DNA from: an uncultured delta proteobacterium
Lineage (GTDB): Bacteria > Desulfobacterota > BSN033 > UBA1163
Reading direction: 5' to 3'
Length of the DNA: 64,000 bases
Assembly (NCBI GenBank): GCA_963827685.1
Contig: CAWHBU010000007.1
Span: forward strand, 64,001 to 128,000
Each line of letters begins with the position of its first letter. Positions within the stretch are counted from its first letter, which is position 1. The notes under the pieces are model-generated. The model saw nothing but the letters and a program-made list of their open reading frames with translations. It ran no database searches and was not told the DNA's origin. Position numbers and translations under genes: made by a program. Positions 29,760-39,488 of this stretch are shown piece by piece.

Positions 29760-30461
29760 AATTGTGTTGAATATGGGATTATTTAAAAGTTTAATGAATT
29801 CATATAGTTGTTATAATTTTTTAGGTTTTACCATTATAACAAAATTACCATGATGGACAATATTTGACCGCTGGTAAAATAATTCCTGTCAATTCTTTCC
29901 TTGGCAGATTAGTAGAAACCTGGCCATTCAATTAGGAAGAAAAGTTAGGAAGAAAAGGCATGTTGGATTTAAAAAGAATCTTAAAGACTAAATAAAGAAC
30001 CCGTCCACAGGAAGGGGTTTCCAGGTATAATTTAAATAACCCTCTCCAGATTGATAAACCAAAGGTTTTCTCGGAGGCTCTTGTCAGAAATTCAGCTTAC
30101 TTATAACAGAAAAATGTTCTTTGTCAATATGTAAAATAAGCTCGGGAAGGATTATTTTAGTAGTTAACCGTCCGACGAGATGGGAGCTTCTGGTGAAGCG
30201 TCAAAGAGTGAAAAGTGTTGTAAAATCATGTAAACTTCTTCTCTTCTGAGAGTCTAACCTATTAAAAATTATTAGAACAGCTTACCGGGTCGCAACATTG
30301 CAAGCCTGAACCCAAGTTCTGGGTTGCATTTGACCCAATGTCCCCTATTTGGTTATAGGGTATAATTAGGAGGGTTGTCCGGTGCGATGGGAAGGGAAGA
30401 ATGATCACACAAAAAACTATCGGTGTTTTCGCAATGAGATGATCTATAAAAGGAGATTTGC

Positions 30462-31619
30462 ATGAAGGATAGAAAAATCAAGGTCATGATCATCTTCGGG
30501 ACCAGACCAGAGGCCATCAAATTCGCATCCCTCATTGAGCAATTGAAGAGGTCAGAAAGTGATTTCAGGGTAACAGTGTGTGTGACCGGACAGCACATGG
30601 GGATGCTTGATCAGGCACTCAAATTCTTCGAGATCCGTCCAGATTTCGACCTCCAAATTATGAAACCCAACCAGTCCCTTTTCAGTCTAACCGCGGATAG
30701 CTTAAGGGGGATTGAAACCGTATTAAAAAATGATCGTCCTGATTTGGTATTTGTTCAAGGAGACACGACCACTACATTGGTGGGTGCTCTTGCCGGATTT
30801 TACTGTGGTGTCAACGTAGCCCATTTGGAGGCTGGCCTGAGATCTGGCACTAAACTTTCTCCGTTTCCGGAGGAAATCAACAGAAAGTTGGTGGGTCAAA
30901 TCGCCAACTATCACTTCGCTCCTACCATTCGAGCCCTTCTCAACCTCAATAGGGAAGGAATAAACGACAATGTCTGGGTGGTCGGAAACACGGTCGTCGA
31001 TTCCCTGTTCTTATGTTTGGACATCATAAGGAATTCTGATGAACAAGTTTATTACGAGTCTTTCAAGAAGATCGACTTTTCAAAAAAGATTATCCTGGTT
31101 ACCGGACACAGACGGGAGAGCTTTGGAACGCCTTTCGAAAACATCTGTGGCGCTCTGATGGAGATAGCATCTATTTTTAGGGATATTGAGATCGTTTATC
31201 CAGTGCATCTCAACCCAAAGGTGAAGGAAGTGGTCCACAAAATGCTGAGCGGCATCAAGAATATTCATCTCATGGAGCCTCTTGAATATAATTTTTTGGT
31301 CTGGCTGATGGACAATTCATACTTGGTGTTAACCGATTCTGGAGGAATCCAGGAAGAAGCACCTTCGCTTGGGAAACCGGTATTGGTGATGAGAGAGGTC
31401 ACCGAGAGGATCGAAGGGATCGAATCCGGCACGGCCAAATTGGTCGGAACGGACAGAAATAAAATTGTGGACTCAGTTTCTCTGTTACTAAACGATGGCA
31501 GCGAATATAATAAGATGTCGAAGGCGATCAATCCTTATGGTGATGGAAAAGCTTCAAAAAGAATAGTTGAAATCCTTAATCAAATGACATTCTTGGAAAA
31601 AGAGACTGGAGAAAAGTAA
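30462..31619 (+). CDS. wecB: UDP-N-acetylglucosamine 2-epimerase (non-hydrolysing)
   Basis: FGTRPEAIK, TGQH, VQGDTTT, HLEAGLRS, PFPEE, HRRESFG, TDSGGIQEEAPSLGKP, NPYGDG. Confidence 0.96.
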   Translation: MKDRKIKVMIIFGTRPEAIKFASLIEQLKRSESDFRVTVCVTGQHMGMLDQALKFFEIRPDFDLQIMKPNQSLFSLTADSLRGIETVLKNDRPDLVFVQGDTTTTLVGALAGFYCGVNVAHLEAGLRSGTKLSPFPEEINRKLVGQIANYHFAPTIRALLNLNREGINDNVWVVGNTVVDSLFLCLDIIRNSDEQVYYESFKKIDFSKKIILVTGHRRESFGTPFENICGALMEIASIFRDIEIVYPVHLNPKVKEVVHKMLSGIKNIHLMEPLEYNFLVWLMDNSYLVLTDSGGIQEEAPSLGKPVLVMREVTERIEGIESGTAKLVGTDRNKIVDSVSLLLNDGSEYNKMSKAINPYGDGKASKRIVEILNQMTFLEKETGEK

Positions 31620-31743
31620 AGAAATTGCCCAATAAAAATATTTAAATAGCCGATAGCAGTACTTTCCAAAATAGTGGACTAAATTCGGGGCCAGGCTTAA
31701 CCATTTTTTACATACCCTTTCCCCTTTCCACGCGATTCTTAAA

Positions 31744-32007
31744 TTAATCCGGGTTATTGACGTTAAAAATCTCCTCAATATCTTCATCTCGTGGGCCTTG
31801 ATGGGAGATGGAAGAGAGAACCGTTCTTTTTTCGAAGTTGATGAGATTGGTTGTTACAAACGAGGTCAATCTGAGGATTTCGAACTCACATTCCACCCGG
31901 AGATAATAGATAACATCGTTTATGCTATGGCTCCTCGCGACAAGGTCCTGTGGCATCCCCCGACCGTAGCATATTAAACATTGCATCAGCTCTTCATTGC
32001 TTATCAT
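31744..32007 (-). CDS. Hypothetical 87 aa protein downstream of the riboswitch
   Basis: RBS AGGGAGGT precedes ATG 32007 (MISNEELMQCLICYG...). Confidence 0.6.
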   Translation of the reverse strand: MISNEELMQCLICYGRGMPQDLVARSHSINDVIYYLRVECEFEILRLTSFVTTNLINFEKRTVLSSISHQGPRDEDIEEIFNVNNPD

Positions 32008-32143
32008 AGTACACCTCCCTACCAAAAAGTTTCGTGAACGTCCTCTCAAGAAAGATGCAGATGCGGTTGGCCCTCTTTCTCCCGATGAGCCTCCCAAGAC
32101 GATACTGAAATGACAGGATTTTGTTGATGATTGTGCTTCTCAT
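31994..32143 (-). CDS. Putative 49 aa basic small protein
   Basis: MRSTIINKILSFQYRLGRLIGRKRANRICIFLERTFTKLFGREVYYDKQ lies between the riboswitch terminator and the 87 aa ORF and overlaps its start. Confidence 0.4.
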   Translation of the reverse strand: MRSTIINKILSFQYRLGRLIGRKRANRICIFLERTFTKLFGREVYYDKQ

Positions 32144-32169
32144 CGTATCTAAACCATTGCCCTTGAATT

Positions 32170-32213
32170 AAAAAACCGGATTGCCTTTTTTGTGAAGCCA
32201 CGGCAATCCGGTT
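32170..32213 (-). terminator. Intrinsic terminator (riboswitch expression platform)
   Basis: Minus strand AACCGGATTGCC-loop-GGCAATCCGGTT-TTTT immediately 3' of the aptamer. Confidence 0.8.
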
Positions 32214-32228
32214 CCTGTAAGATTTGTC

Positions 32229-32355
32229 TTCGGCAACCCGGCTATCCCAGTGGGACCCGCAGCTTTCCCCGCCTGCTCCGTCTTTGGAACAGGGGGCCCC
32301 CGCCAGTTACGGCGGGCAGGCGTCCCACGATTACTCGTGGTTTGGCTTTATCGGC
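32229..32355 (-). ncRNA. c-di-GMP-I (GEMM) riboswitch, interrupted by a 53 bp palindromic insertion
   Basis: Minus strand GCCGATAAAGCCAAACCACGAGTAATCGTGGGAC-[insert 32269-32321]-GGAAAGCTGCGGGTCCCACTGGGATAGCCGGGTTGCCGAA matches the deltaproteobacterial GEMM-I pattern. Confidence 0.85.
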
Positions 32356-32392
32356 AAATTTGATTTAAGATTTTTTCTATTGTCCTAATAGG

Positions 32393-32408
32393 AGCAATTT
32401 CAATGCCA
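32393..32408 (-). promoter_or_regulatory. Sigma54 (-24/-12) promoter upstream of the riboswitch
   Basis: Minus strand TGGCAT-TGAAA-TTGCT. The predicted start site is about 25 nt before the aptamer. Confidence 0.82.
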
Positions 32409-32596
32409 ATAACAATTAATCCATATAAGGAGTTGATATTTAACGGTTTTCAAAAAAATATATTTTCACAAGAACAAAATTTATGACGTTTTTTGACTCA
32501 AAAACTGCTAATGATCTGAAATAGGTAAGAGGAAATACAGAACCACACGTGACCTGCTTGTTTCGAAGTGCTTTCCTTATATTCTGCCTGCCTAAA

Positions 32597-32708
32597 TCAA
32601 CCCTTCGATTTTCCCCGGTCTAAAGCCCGGGGTTTGCTCAGGGTTGATACTGAGTGGCGCTTTTGACCCTGTCCTAAAGAACGGGGTTTGGCGCCGTCGA
32701 AGTATCAA
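32597..32708. repeat. Nested palindromic repeat (CCCTTCGA...CTCAGGG family)
   Basis: TCAACCCTTCGA..CTCAGGGTTGATACTGAG..GTCGAAGTATCAA with inserted hairpins such as CCCCGGTCTAAAGCCCGGGG. Supplies the stop codon of the protease gene. Confidence 0.65.
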
Positions 32709-34768
32709 TTTTTCAGCTGCGGGTTTTCAGCCCTGGCGCCGTTATCCTCGGCGTTCTCATAAACGACCAGATTACGCATGAACGTTTCCAGTTTCGCCTC
32801 CATCTCTTTCTGACCGACGTTCCCCTGCTTGATGAACGCGACTGTGTACAGAACGGAGCCGGAGGCTGCTTCCTTTTTCGCCGCTTGGCTGCCTCGGTTG
32901 TATGTCGTCGAGATGATCGTAACCTTATCCTTGTAATAAGAAGAGCGATCGTAGGGGAATTTTCGCTCCACCATATTCTCCCAATTGCTCTGATATTGAT
33001 CGCCAAGCTCTTTCGGAGGCTTCATCGTTCTTGAGACAGCGCAACCAATCTGATTGTATTTTTCTTCGGTTATCATAATCCCGTTGGTGTCCCAAACCAT
33101 CTTGCCCTTTTCTTCAAAGTAGCCGAAATCAAGCTGGAAGCTACTCTTATCAGAAATTTTCATGACATCGGGGCCGTAGGACAGATAGAGTCTCGCCGAT
33201 TTGTACCGGAAAATCTTATTGTTCTCAATATGAATGTCTATAGTTGAAAAGATGGAGGGGAGGAGGTTTTTCATGCTCAGGAATTCCTGCCATTCTTTGA
33301 ACGTGCCGTAATAAGACACATAAATAAAATCCGAGAGCACTTTCAGGTCGGGGATGTCTCCCTGGTCAACGTTACCCGTCTGGTCCGTTCTCATCATAAC
33401 AATGCACCCTCCGGGAACCGGGAGAGAAAAGGTCACCACCTTTCTGTCGTCATATTCGATCAGCCATGTACACGCCATCCAGATCCTTCCGTAGGAATCC
33501 GTGAATCGGTAGTCTTCAAAGGCACGGCCCATCGACGTGATCTTGATATTTTCCGGTCCGATCTCTCTGTAACGACCACCCCCCTTGAGGATCATATCCA
33601 TAAACAGCTTCGAGTCGCCATAAAACGTTTCCAGAGGGACGTCGTCCGGTTTACGGATATAAAGGAAGACCGTGCTGCCCAGAGTGCCGTAGGTGAGATG
33701 GCCATTGTCTCCCAGGTCGGCATCTCTCGTCCCGCTGGGATAATAGGCATCCCAGTTGCCGTCCTTACCCTTCATAATGAGACGAGGGAAGACCGCGCTA
33801 TAACTCTTATAGAACAGCCGGGTTGATCCTGGGCCATGAGGAAATATGGTTTCCCGATTCTCGGCAAGAAGGCCCTTGAGGAGTTTGCTGGAAAACTGAG
33901 CTGTGATCGCATTCAGCTCGCTGTCCAATTCCTGGTAGGTCTTGGGCAGGGTGATCTCTTTTTTCAGCATTTCTCTCTTGGTCATGTCCATATTATCAAG
34001 GGTATAGCGCATTTTCGTTTGAACGACTGCCGCATTCTTGTTGGCATTGACGACTTCAAGGATCGGGACGGCGTAATTGAGGTTCTCGTTCGGGGACTTT
34101 CTCAGGACGATGCCGATGACTTTTCCATTCTGGTCAAGGAGCGGACCACCGCTATTGCCGGGAGAGGCCGCAGCAGAGAAACGTATCCACTTCCACTCCC
34201 CTGCTTCTTCTTCAGGTGTGTCGGACGTATAGAGACCATCTCTGATTACAACTCCCTCCCCGAGGGCATTGCCTACGGCATACACTTTTTGATTGACCCG
34301 GGGGTTCTTATTCGTTGACAAAAATCCTTTTGCTTTGGCATTGAGGAGTGAGAAGACGATGAAATCCCTGTTTTTCGAGTACTTGAGGACCTTTCCGATG
34401 GAGTAAACTTTCCCTTCCTTATCTCTGAGAAAGATCTCCTTGAATTGACTCCCACTCCCCAGGTTCATGACATGCGCTGCCGATACAAACTCCGAAGGGC
34501 TGATGGCGAACGCCGTACCGATCGAATAGTATTTGTCCGTCCGTATGGAATAGGGGAGAAGGTCCATGGGTAAGGGTTTTTCGTATTGCAGGGAGTCGTT
34601 CGTCGGCTTCAGCACCACGACCTCATACACTGCATCACTGATTGCATCCATCACACGGGAGTCCAGTGTTGTGCCTTTCGAAGCTGTCCCGTGGGGTCCC
34701 GCACACCCGATCAAATAAAGAAAAAGAAAGCCCGCCACAATGACCAGCACATTCCTCAACGCCTTCAT
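32705..34768 (-). CDS. Trypsin-like (S1) serine protease lipoprotein
   Basis: Lipobox LIGC, GTAFAI, SAAHV, RDFIVF, ASPGNSGGPL. Likely start is ATG 34768. Confidence 0.85.
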   Translation of the reverse strand: MKALRNVLVIVAGFLFLYLIGCAGPHGTASKGTTLDSRVMDAISDAVYEVVVLKPTNDSLQYEKPLPMDLLPYSIRTDKYYSIGTAFAISPSEFVSAAHVMNLGSGSQFKEIFLRDKEGKVYSIGKVLKYSKNRDFIVFSLLNAKAKGFLSTNKNPRVNQKVYAVGNALGEGVVIRDGLYTSDTPEEEAGEWKWIRFSAAASPGNSGGPLLDQNGKVIGIVLRKSPNENLNYAVPILEVVNANKNAAVVQTKMRYTLDNMDMTKREMLKKEITLPKTYQELDSELNAITAQFSSKLLKGLLAENRETIFPHGPGSTRLFYKSYSAVFPRLIMKGKDGNWDAYYPSGTRDADLGDNGHLTYGTLGSTVFLYIRKPDDVPLETFYGDSKLFMDMILKGGGRYREIGPENIKITSMGRAFEDYRFTDSYGRIWMACTWLIEYDDRKVVTFSLPVPGGCIVMMRTDQTGNVDQGDIPDLKVLSDFIYVSYYGTFKEWQEFLSMKNLLPSIFSTIDIHIENNKIFRYKSARLYLSYGPDVMKISDKSSFQLDFGYFEEKGKMVWDTNGIMITEEKYNQIGCAVSRTMKPPKELGDQYQSNWENMVERKFPYDRSSYYKDKVTIISTTYNRGSQAAKKEAASGSVLYTVAFIKQGNVGQKEMEAKLETFMRNLVVYENAEDNGARAENPQLKN

Positions 34769-34956
34769 ACCCTTTGTCTCCTTTGCGATCGAATCCTGTT
34801 GACTATCATCTCCTGCAGCAATCACGCCCTGCATCTTAACACGATTCTTTCCTCAATGACAATTCCTTGAGGTGGACGGGGCGGGGTAAAGGGGGCACAA
34901 TCTAAAATGATAGCACTTCACCGGGAAGCCCCGCTGGGGAGCTTCAATTGAAAAGC

Positions 34957-34997
34957 TATGCTCACTGGGGATGATACGCAATCCCCCAGTGAGCATA
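34957..34997 (-). terminator. Strong hairpin, probable terminator
   Basis: 14 bp perfect stem TATGCTCACTGGGG / CCCCAGTGAGCATA just downstream of the 35019 stop. Confidence 0.55.
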
Positions 34998-35018
34998 CTT
35001 AGACAGTTGAGTTAACGT

Positions 35019-35699
35019 TTATTTAGTAGGAATTATGGTGTTCAAGGTAGTAGCCAACCGGGTGGCAATCACAGTCATGATATTGTTGAGCATTAAGACT
35101 GAATTCCCACCCCAGGTTCCAGAAGCGCCGGTATCCCTCGTATAGATGCGCATGCAGGGGTTGGCTTTGCCGGGTTCATAAATTTCACAGACGGCTGAAC
35201 AGCCGGCTCTGCCTGCTCCCATTCCAACCCAGGCACGGGCTGCTCGGCTCCCGGGATTGCATTCGACCACCGCACCCTCAATAAGCAAGGCATCGGGAGA
35301 ATCTTTCTGAGTTAGTTTAAGAGAGCTTTTAAAAACCGAGTTAAAGAGCGCAACATAGGGATCGTAGGAAAAGGCACTCTGTTGCGGCAACAATCGGTCG
35401 CCAAATTCCGATACCTTCACCGAACTATATTGAGAAAGGTTTACCGCCGGATCCCTCCAGATAAGAATGTTGTGCCCAGCCTTCTGCATGCCACTGATAT
35501 ACTCTTTAACGTTAAAAGCATGATCAGGATAGTTATTAAAGCTTTTAAACGATGCTGGGGTGGGTTGAGTCGATGCTGTACTGGCGGCAGTGTCAGATGT
35601 CGAAGATGGCTTGTCCTGGGCGATTACACCTGTACTCACCAATGCAATGACGAAACCTGCCACTACGAAATAGTCTGCAAATCGCTTCATTTTCGTCAT
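35019..35699 (-). CDS. Secreted protein, DUF4410-like
   Basis: Signal peptide and NPGSRAARAWVGMGAG motif. RBS GGAGGAG. Confidence 0.7.
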   Translation of the reverse strand: MTKMKRFADYFVVAGFVIALVSTGVIAQDKPSSTSDTAASTASTQPTPASFKSFNNYPDHAFNVKEYISGMQKAGHNILIWRDPAVNLSQYSSVKVSEFGDRLLPQQSAFSYDPYVALFNSVFKSSLKLTQKDSPDALLIEGAVVECNPGSRAARAWVGMGAGRAGCSAVCEIYEPGKANPCMRIYTRDTGASGTWGGNSVLMLNNIMTVIATRLATTLNTIIPTK

Positions 35700-36002
35700 A
35701 TCTCCTCCCTTTGTTACTGTATTCTGTTATTCTTACATAGTTCAACTCTTATCTTAAAAAATGATAAGGACTCGCTCGTGGTTGAGTTCAATATACGAGA
35801 AACGGAGTTATGTGTCAAGCAAAAACGCAAAAAGATATGTCGGAATTTTGGGATATCCTACTCAATTCCACGTGGTTTCAGAATAGTTTCTTGACAGATA
35901 AAAGAATCCGGCCCGCTTCCCCCGATGATTTGAAATAAGTATGGTGTCAATACAATAGAATATGTGGAAATGTGGAATACCTGACGACACACAAAGGCAT
36001 GA

Positions 36003-37070
36003 TCACTTGGGTTTTGCGCGATGGTATTGACGCGGCCAGGGTACGTCAACATTAAAGGTTTTGGCAGCGTGGAGCGGCCAGTAAGGGTCTCGCAGTAGTT
36101 CTCTGGCAATAATAATAACATCCGCTTGGCCGGTTGTTAGAATTTGTTCAGCCTGCACAGGATCTGTAATTAAACCCACCGCACCGGTAGCTATGCCAAC
36201 TTTTGAGCGAATCTCAGCAGCAAAAGGAGTTTGAAATCCTGGTCCCACAGGGATTTTGGCATAGGGCACCAGCCCACCACTTGAACAGTCGATTAGATCA
36301 ACACCGATCTCCTTGAGCCAACGGGAAAATTCCACTGACTGAGGTAGATCCCAACCGCCGTCCACCCAATCTGTGCATGAGATACGTACAAGAAGAGGGA
36401 AGTCTGAAGGCAAGCTTTCCCGAATCGTTCTGGCTACCCACAAGGGAAATCGTGTTCGGTTTTGAAGACTGCCACCATACTCGTCAGTCCTTTGATTCGA
36501 AATGGGAGAGAGGAATTCGTGAAGGAGATAGCCGTGAGCCATGTGGATTTCTATGACTCTAAAACCGGCCTCTAAACTGCGACGGGCTGCCGCCACAAAT
36601 TGAGAAACCACTTCCTCCAGATCCTCCTTTGCCATTTCAAGCGGGACAGGAGAATTTTCGCTGAAGGCAATGGGGCTGGGGGCCAAAGGCTGCCATCCTC
36701 CCTCGTTGATTGCCAGGGGTTTCTCGCCACGCCACGGGACATCGGTTGAAGCCTTACGTCCGGCATGAGCGAGTTGGATGCCCGCCACGGCCCCTTGTCC
36801 TTCAATAAAAGCAGTAATACGTTTGAAGGCTTGAACATGCCTGTCAGACCAAATGCCGCTATCCCATGGCGAGATACGCCCCTCTGGTGAAACTCCGGTA
36901 GCTTCAACGATGACAAGTGAGACTCCTCCAACGGCATGGCTACCCAGATGAACTAAATGCCAGTCCGTCGGCATACCCTCTTCACTGGAGTATTGACACA
37001 TAGGAGAGAGAAAAATACGATTCTTGAATTCAACACCCCTTAGACTAAAACCAGAGAATAATTTATTCAC
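36003..37070 (-). CDS. NADH:flavin oxidoreductase (Old Yellow Enzyme, YqjM/NamA type)
   Basis: SPMCQYS, IQLAHAGRKAS, EIHMAHGYLLHEFLSP, RTDEYGGS, RELLRDPYW. Confidence 0.93.
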   Translation of the reverse strand: MNKLFSGFSLRGVEFKNRIFLSPMCQYSSEEGMPTDWHLVHLGSHAVGGVSLVIVEATGVSPEGRISPWDSGIWSDRHVQAFKRITAFIEGQGAVAGIQLAHAGRKASTDVPWRGEKPLAINEGGWQPLAPSPIAFSENSPVPLEMAKEDLEEVVSQFVAAARRSLEAGFRVIEIHMAHGYLLHEFLSPISNQRTDEYGGSLQNRTRFPLWVARTIRESLPSDFPLLVRISCTDWVDGGWDLPQSVEFSRWLKEIGVDLIDCSSGGLVPYAKIPVGPGFQTPFAAEIRSKVGIATGAVGLITDPVQAEQILTTGQADVIIIARELLRDPYWPLHAAKTFNVDVPWPRQYHRAKPK

Positions 37071-37343
37071 GATGAATCACCTCGCCCACAACTAAGGTAT
37101 CACTGTACACCATATAATAAAAAGGGCGGGCAAGGTAAATACGGCGAATTACGTATTTCATAATGAAACATACTGTATTTCGATGTCCTCAGGGTTGGCT
37201 CATTTTGCTTGAAAAAAACAAAGTGGGAAGTGCGGCAGGAAGAAAGAGGGGAACATCGGTGAAGATGCAAATTGACGTAGAATGAGAAAATGGTTAGGAT
37301 GGGACGGGCAGCGAATGGATACCGTTAGAACGGAGGGCTGTGT

Positions 37344-38168
37344 ATGAAAATGCAGTGTTATGTTTATACTGGAACCGGCAATTCACTATGGATTGCACGT
37401 CAGCTCGCACTGGAGTTAAAAGAGGTCAGTCTTCACTTTATGCCGTCCTTATCAAGAGATTCTAAGGTGGAAGCTGATGGAGTGGGTATCTTTTTCCCGG
37501 TCCACATTTGGGGATTGCCCATCCGCGTCATCCAGTTTATCAATCATCTTCAAGTTAACCCCCAGACCTACTTTTTCGCCCTGGCTGTCAACGCCGGGCA
37601 GCCCGCTGCCACACTGCTTCAGCTGCAAAAGTTGATGTCAACCCGGCAACTATCGCTCGCCCTGGGCTATTCCATTGTCATGCCTTCCAATTACACCCCC
37701 TGGGGCGGTCCTGGACCAATGGATACTCAGCAGCGGCTGTACAGGCAAGCCCAGGAAAAGGCGAAGGCGATTGCCGGCCCTATACTTCGGGGTGAGCGAA
37801 AAAAGGTGGACAGAGGACCTCTTTGGCAGAACATCCTGTTCTCCTGGATCTATAAGATGTCTTATCGGCATGTTTACAGAATGGATAAGAATTTCTGGGC
37901 GGACGACAAATGCAATAGCTGTGGAATCTGCTCGAGGGTCTGTCCGGCCAACAATATCGAGATGATCAATGAAAGACCGGCACGGCTTCACCGATGCGAA
38001 CAATGCTTAGCCTGCCTGCAGTGGTGCCCGCAGGAAGCCATTCAGTATGGGAAGAAAACCGTCAAATACCCGCGGTATCATCACCCTGAAGTCACTTTGG
38101 AGGACATGCTCGAACAAGCGAAAGCCAGTAAAGGTGAAACCCGGGCGTCAATACTAATCAGTCCATAA
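37344..38168 (+). CDS. EFR1-family flavodoxin-ferredoxin
   Basis: YTGTGNS, FPVH, MPSNY, CNSCGICSRVCP and CEQCLACLQWCP. Confidence 0.9.
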   Translation: MKMQCYVYTGTGNSLWIARQLALELKEVSLHFMPSLSRDSKVEADGVGIFFPVHIWGLPIRVIQFINHLQVNPQTYFFALAVNAGQPAATLLQLQKLMSTRQLSLALGYSIVMPSNYTPWGGPGPMDTQQRLYRQAQEKAKAIAGPILRGERKKVDRGPLWQNILFSWIYKMSYRHVYRMDKNFWADDKCNSCGICSRVCPANNIEMINERPARLHRCEQCLACLQWCPQEAIQYGKKTVKYPRYHHPEVTLEDMLEQAKASKGETRASILISP

Positions 38169-38365
38169 TTGTATGGACGTTGAAGCCCAAATCCCTCCTA
38201 CCCTCCCTTTACAAAAGGGAGGAATTCCCCCTCTTTGATAATCCTTTTCCTGTCATTAGACAGGCAAAGAGGGGCCGTTCGACAGGGCTCACGGCCATGA
38301 GCTTGTCGAATGGTTAGGGGAGATTTTTACAACAATATGTCTTTTCAATTATGGACTCCTTAGCA
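38152..38365. mobile_element. MITE (~214 bp) carrying nested REP hairpins
   Basis: Inverted ends TACTAATCAGTCCATAATTG / CAATTATGGACTCCTTAGCA. Internal CCTCCCTTTACAAAAGGGAGG and TTCGACAGGGCTCA...GAGCTTGTCGAA. Provides the EFR1 stop codon. Confidence 0.7.
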
Positions 38366-38480
38366 ATTTCAGGATTCTCTCACCATTTCAAATGGCACTG
38401 ATTGTCCTCCAAGCGACGGCATTTGTAGGATTTTGAAGCTATTTCAACCCGACCAGGGCTCCCAATTTTTTCACATCTTC

Positions 38481-39350
38481 TCAGTCGCTCACTTCTTGTC
38501 TCTTATGGGCTTCGTACCTTTGCCGCCCCTCCTTAAAAAGTCTTTCTTCCTCTTCCGTCGTGATCAGGAGAGGGGGCACTTCCGTGGGCTTGCCCGTCTT
38601 GTCCAGAGATACATAAATGAAATTGGCGGTCAATGCCTTTTGCTTCTTCTCTTGAGCGATGTTTTCGGTTTCCACTTCGACGCGAATCTCCATGGAGGAA
38701 TGGCCGACGAAGGTCAGCGAGGCATGAACCAGTAATACATCCCCTACCCTCACAGGTTTCAAAAAAAATATATTATCCACCCTGACGGTGACAACGTTCG
38801 TATGGGCATGGCGGGCCGCTACAACGCCGGCGGCATTATCCATGATCTTCATAACTTCTCCACCATGAACGTAGCCCGCCAGGTTGGCCTGGTGGGGCAA
38901 CATCAGTTGGGCCATGACAACGGAAGAATGTCCCACGGTCCTTTCTTTGGGAGTGATCTGTTCATCAAACTGTTTTAACAGATTAAGACAAATTTCTTCG
39001 TGTTTCGCCTCCACCTTACTCATCCCCTCGAAACATCCGGCGATCTCCCCGAAACCTTCTTCTCTCGCCGTCTTGGCGAATTCAGGATACATGACGGTGC
39101 CCTCATATTTCTCTCTTTGGGCGACAGCCTCGAGGTTCTTCCTTGTATCTTTAATGTGGCCGAGGAACTCAAAATGCGTCCTGGCATGCTCTCCCTCATT
39201 TTGGGCGATCTCCCAAAAGACATCGGCGATATGGTCGTGACCTGCTTTTCTGGCCGCATCGGCATAGTACGTATAAGTATTCTGAGCCCGCGATTCATCG
39301 GCGAACGCGTTCTCTAAATTTTTCTCTGTCCCGCTTTCTTTCAAGTTCAT
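38481..39350 (-). CDS. Rubrerythrin (di-iron) domain fused to HotDog acyl-CoA thioesterase
   Basis: TEKNLENAFADES, NEGEHA, EKYE..MYPEFAKTAREEG, VEAKHE, followed by PHQANLAGYVHGG..DNAAG..FLKPVRVGD. Confidence 0.88.
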   Translation of the reverse strand: MNLKESGTEKNLENAFADESRAQNTYTYYADAARKAGHDHIADVFWEIAQNEGEHARTHFEFLGHIKDTRKNLEAVAQREKYEGTVMYPEFAKTAREEGFGEIAGCFEGMSKVEAKHEEICLNLLKQFDEQITPKERTVGHSSVVMAQLMLPHQANLAGYVHGGEVMKIMDNAAGVVAARHAHTNVVTVRVDNIFFLKPVRVGDVLLVHASLTFVGHSSMEIRVEVETENIAQEKKQKALTANFIYVSLDKTGKPTEVPPLLITTEEEERLFKEGRQRYEAHKRQEVSD

Positions 39351-39488
39351 TCCTTTCCCCCTCTTGAGAACTCCTTCCTGAAATAGGTAAAGTGACTATC
39401 ATTATCAATATAGAACACGGTCTTTCTCTATTCAACTGCTTTTTCTGAAAAGTAAGCATCTTTTTTTTTCGTCACAACCGTGAAACAG

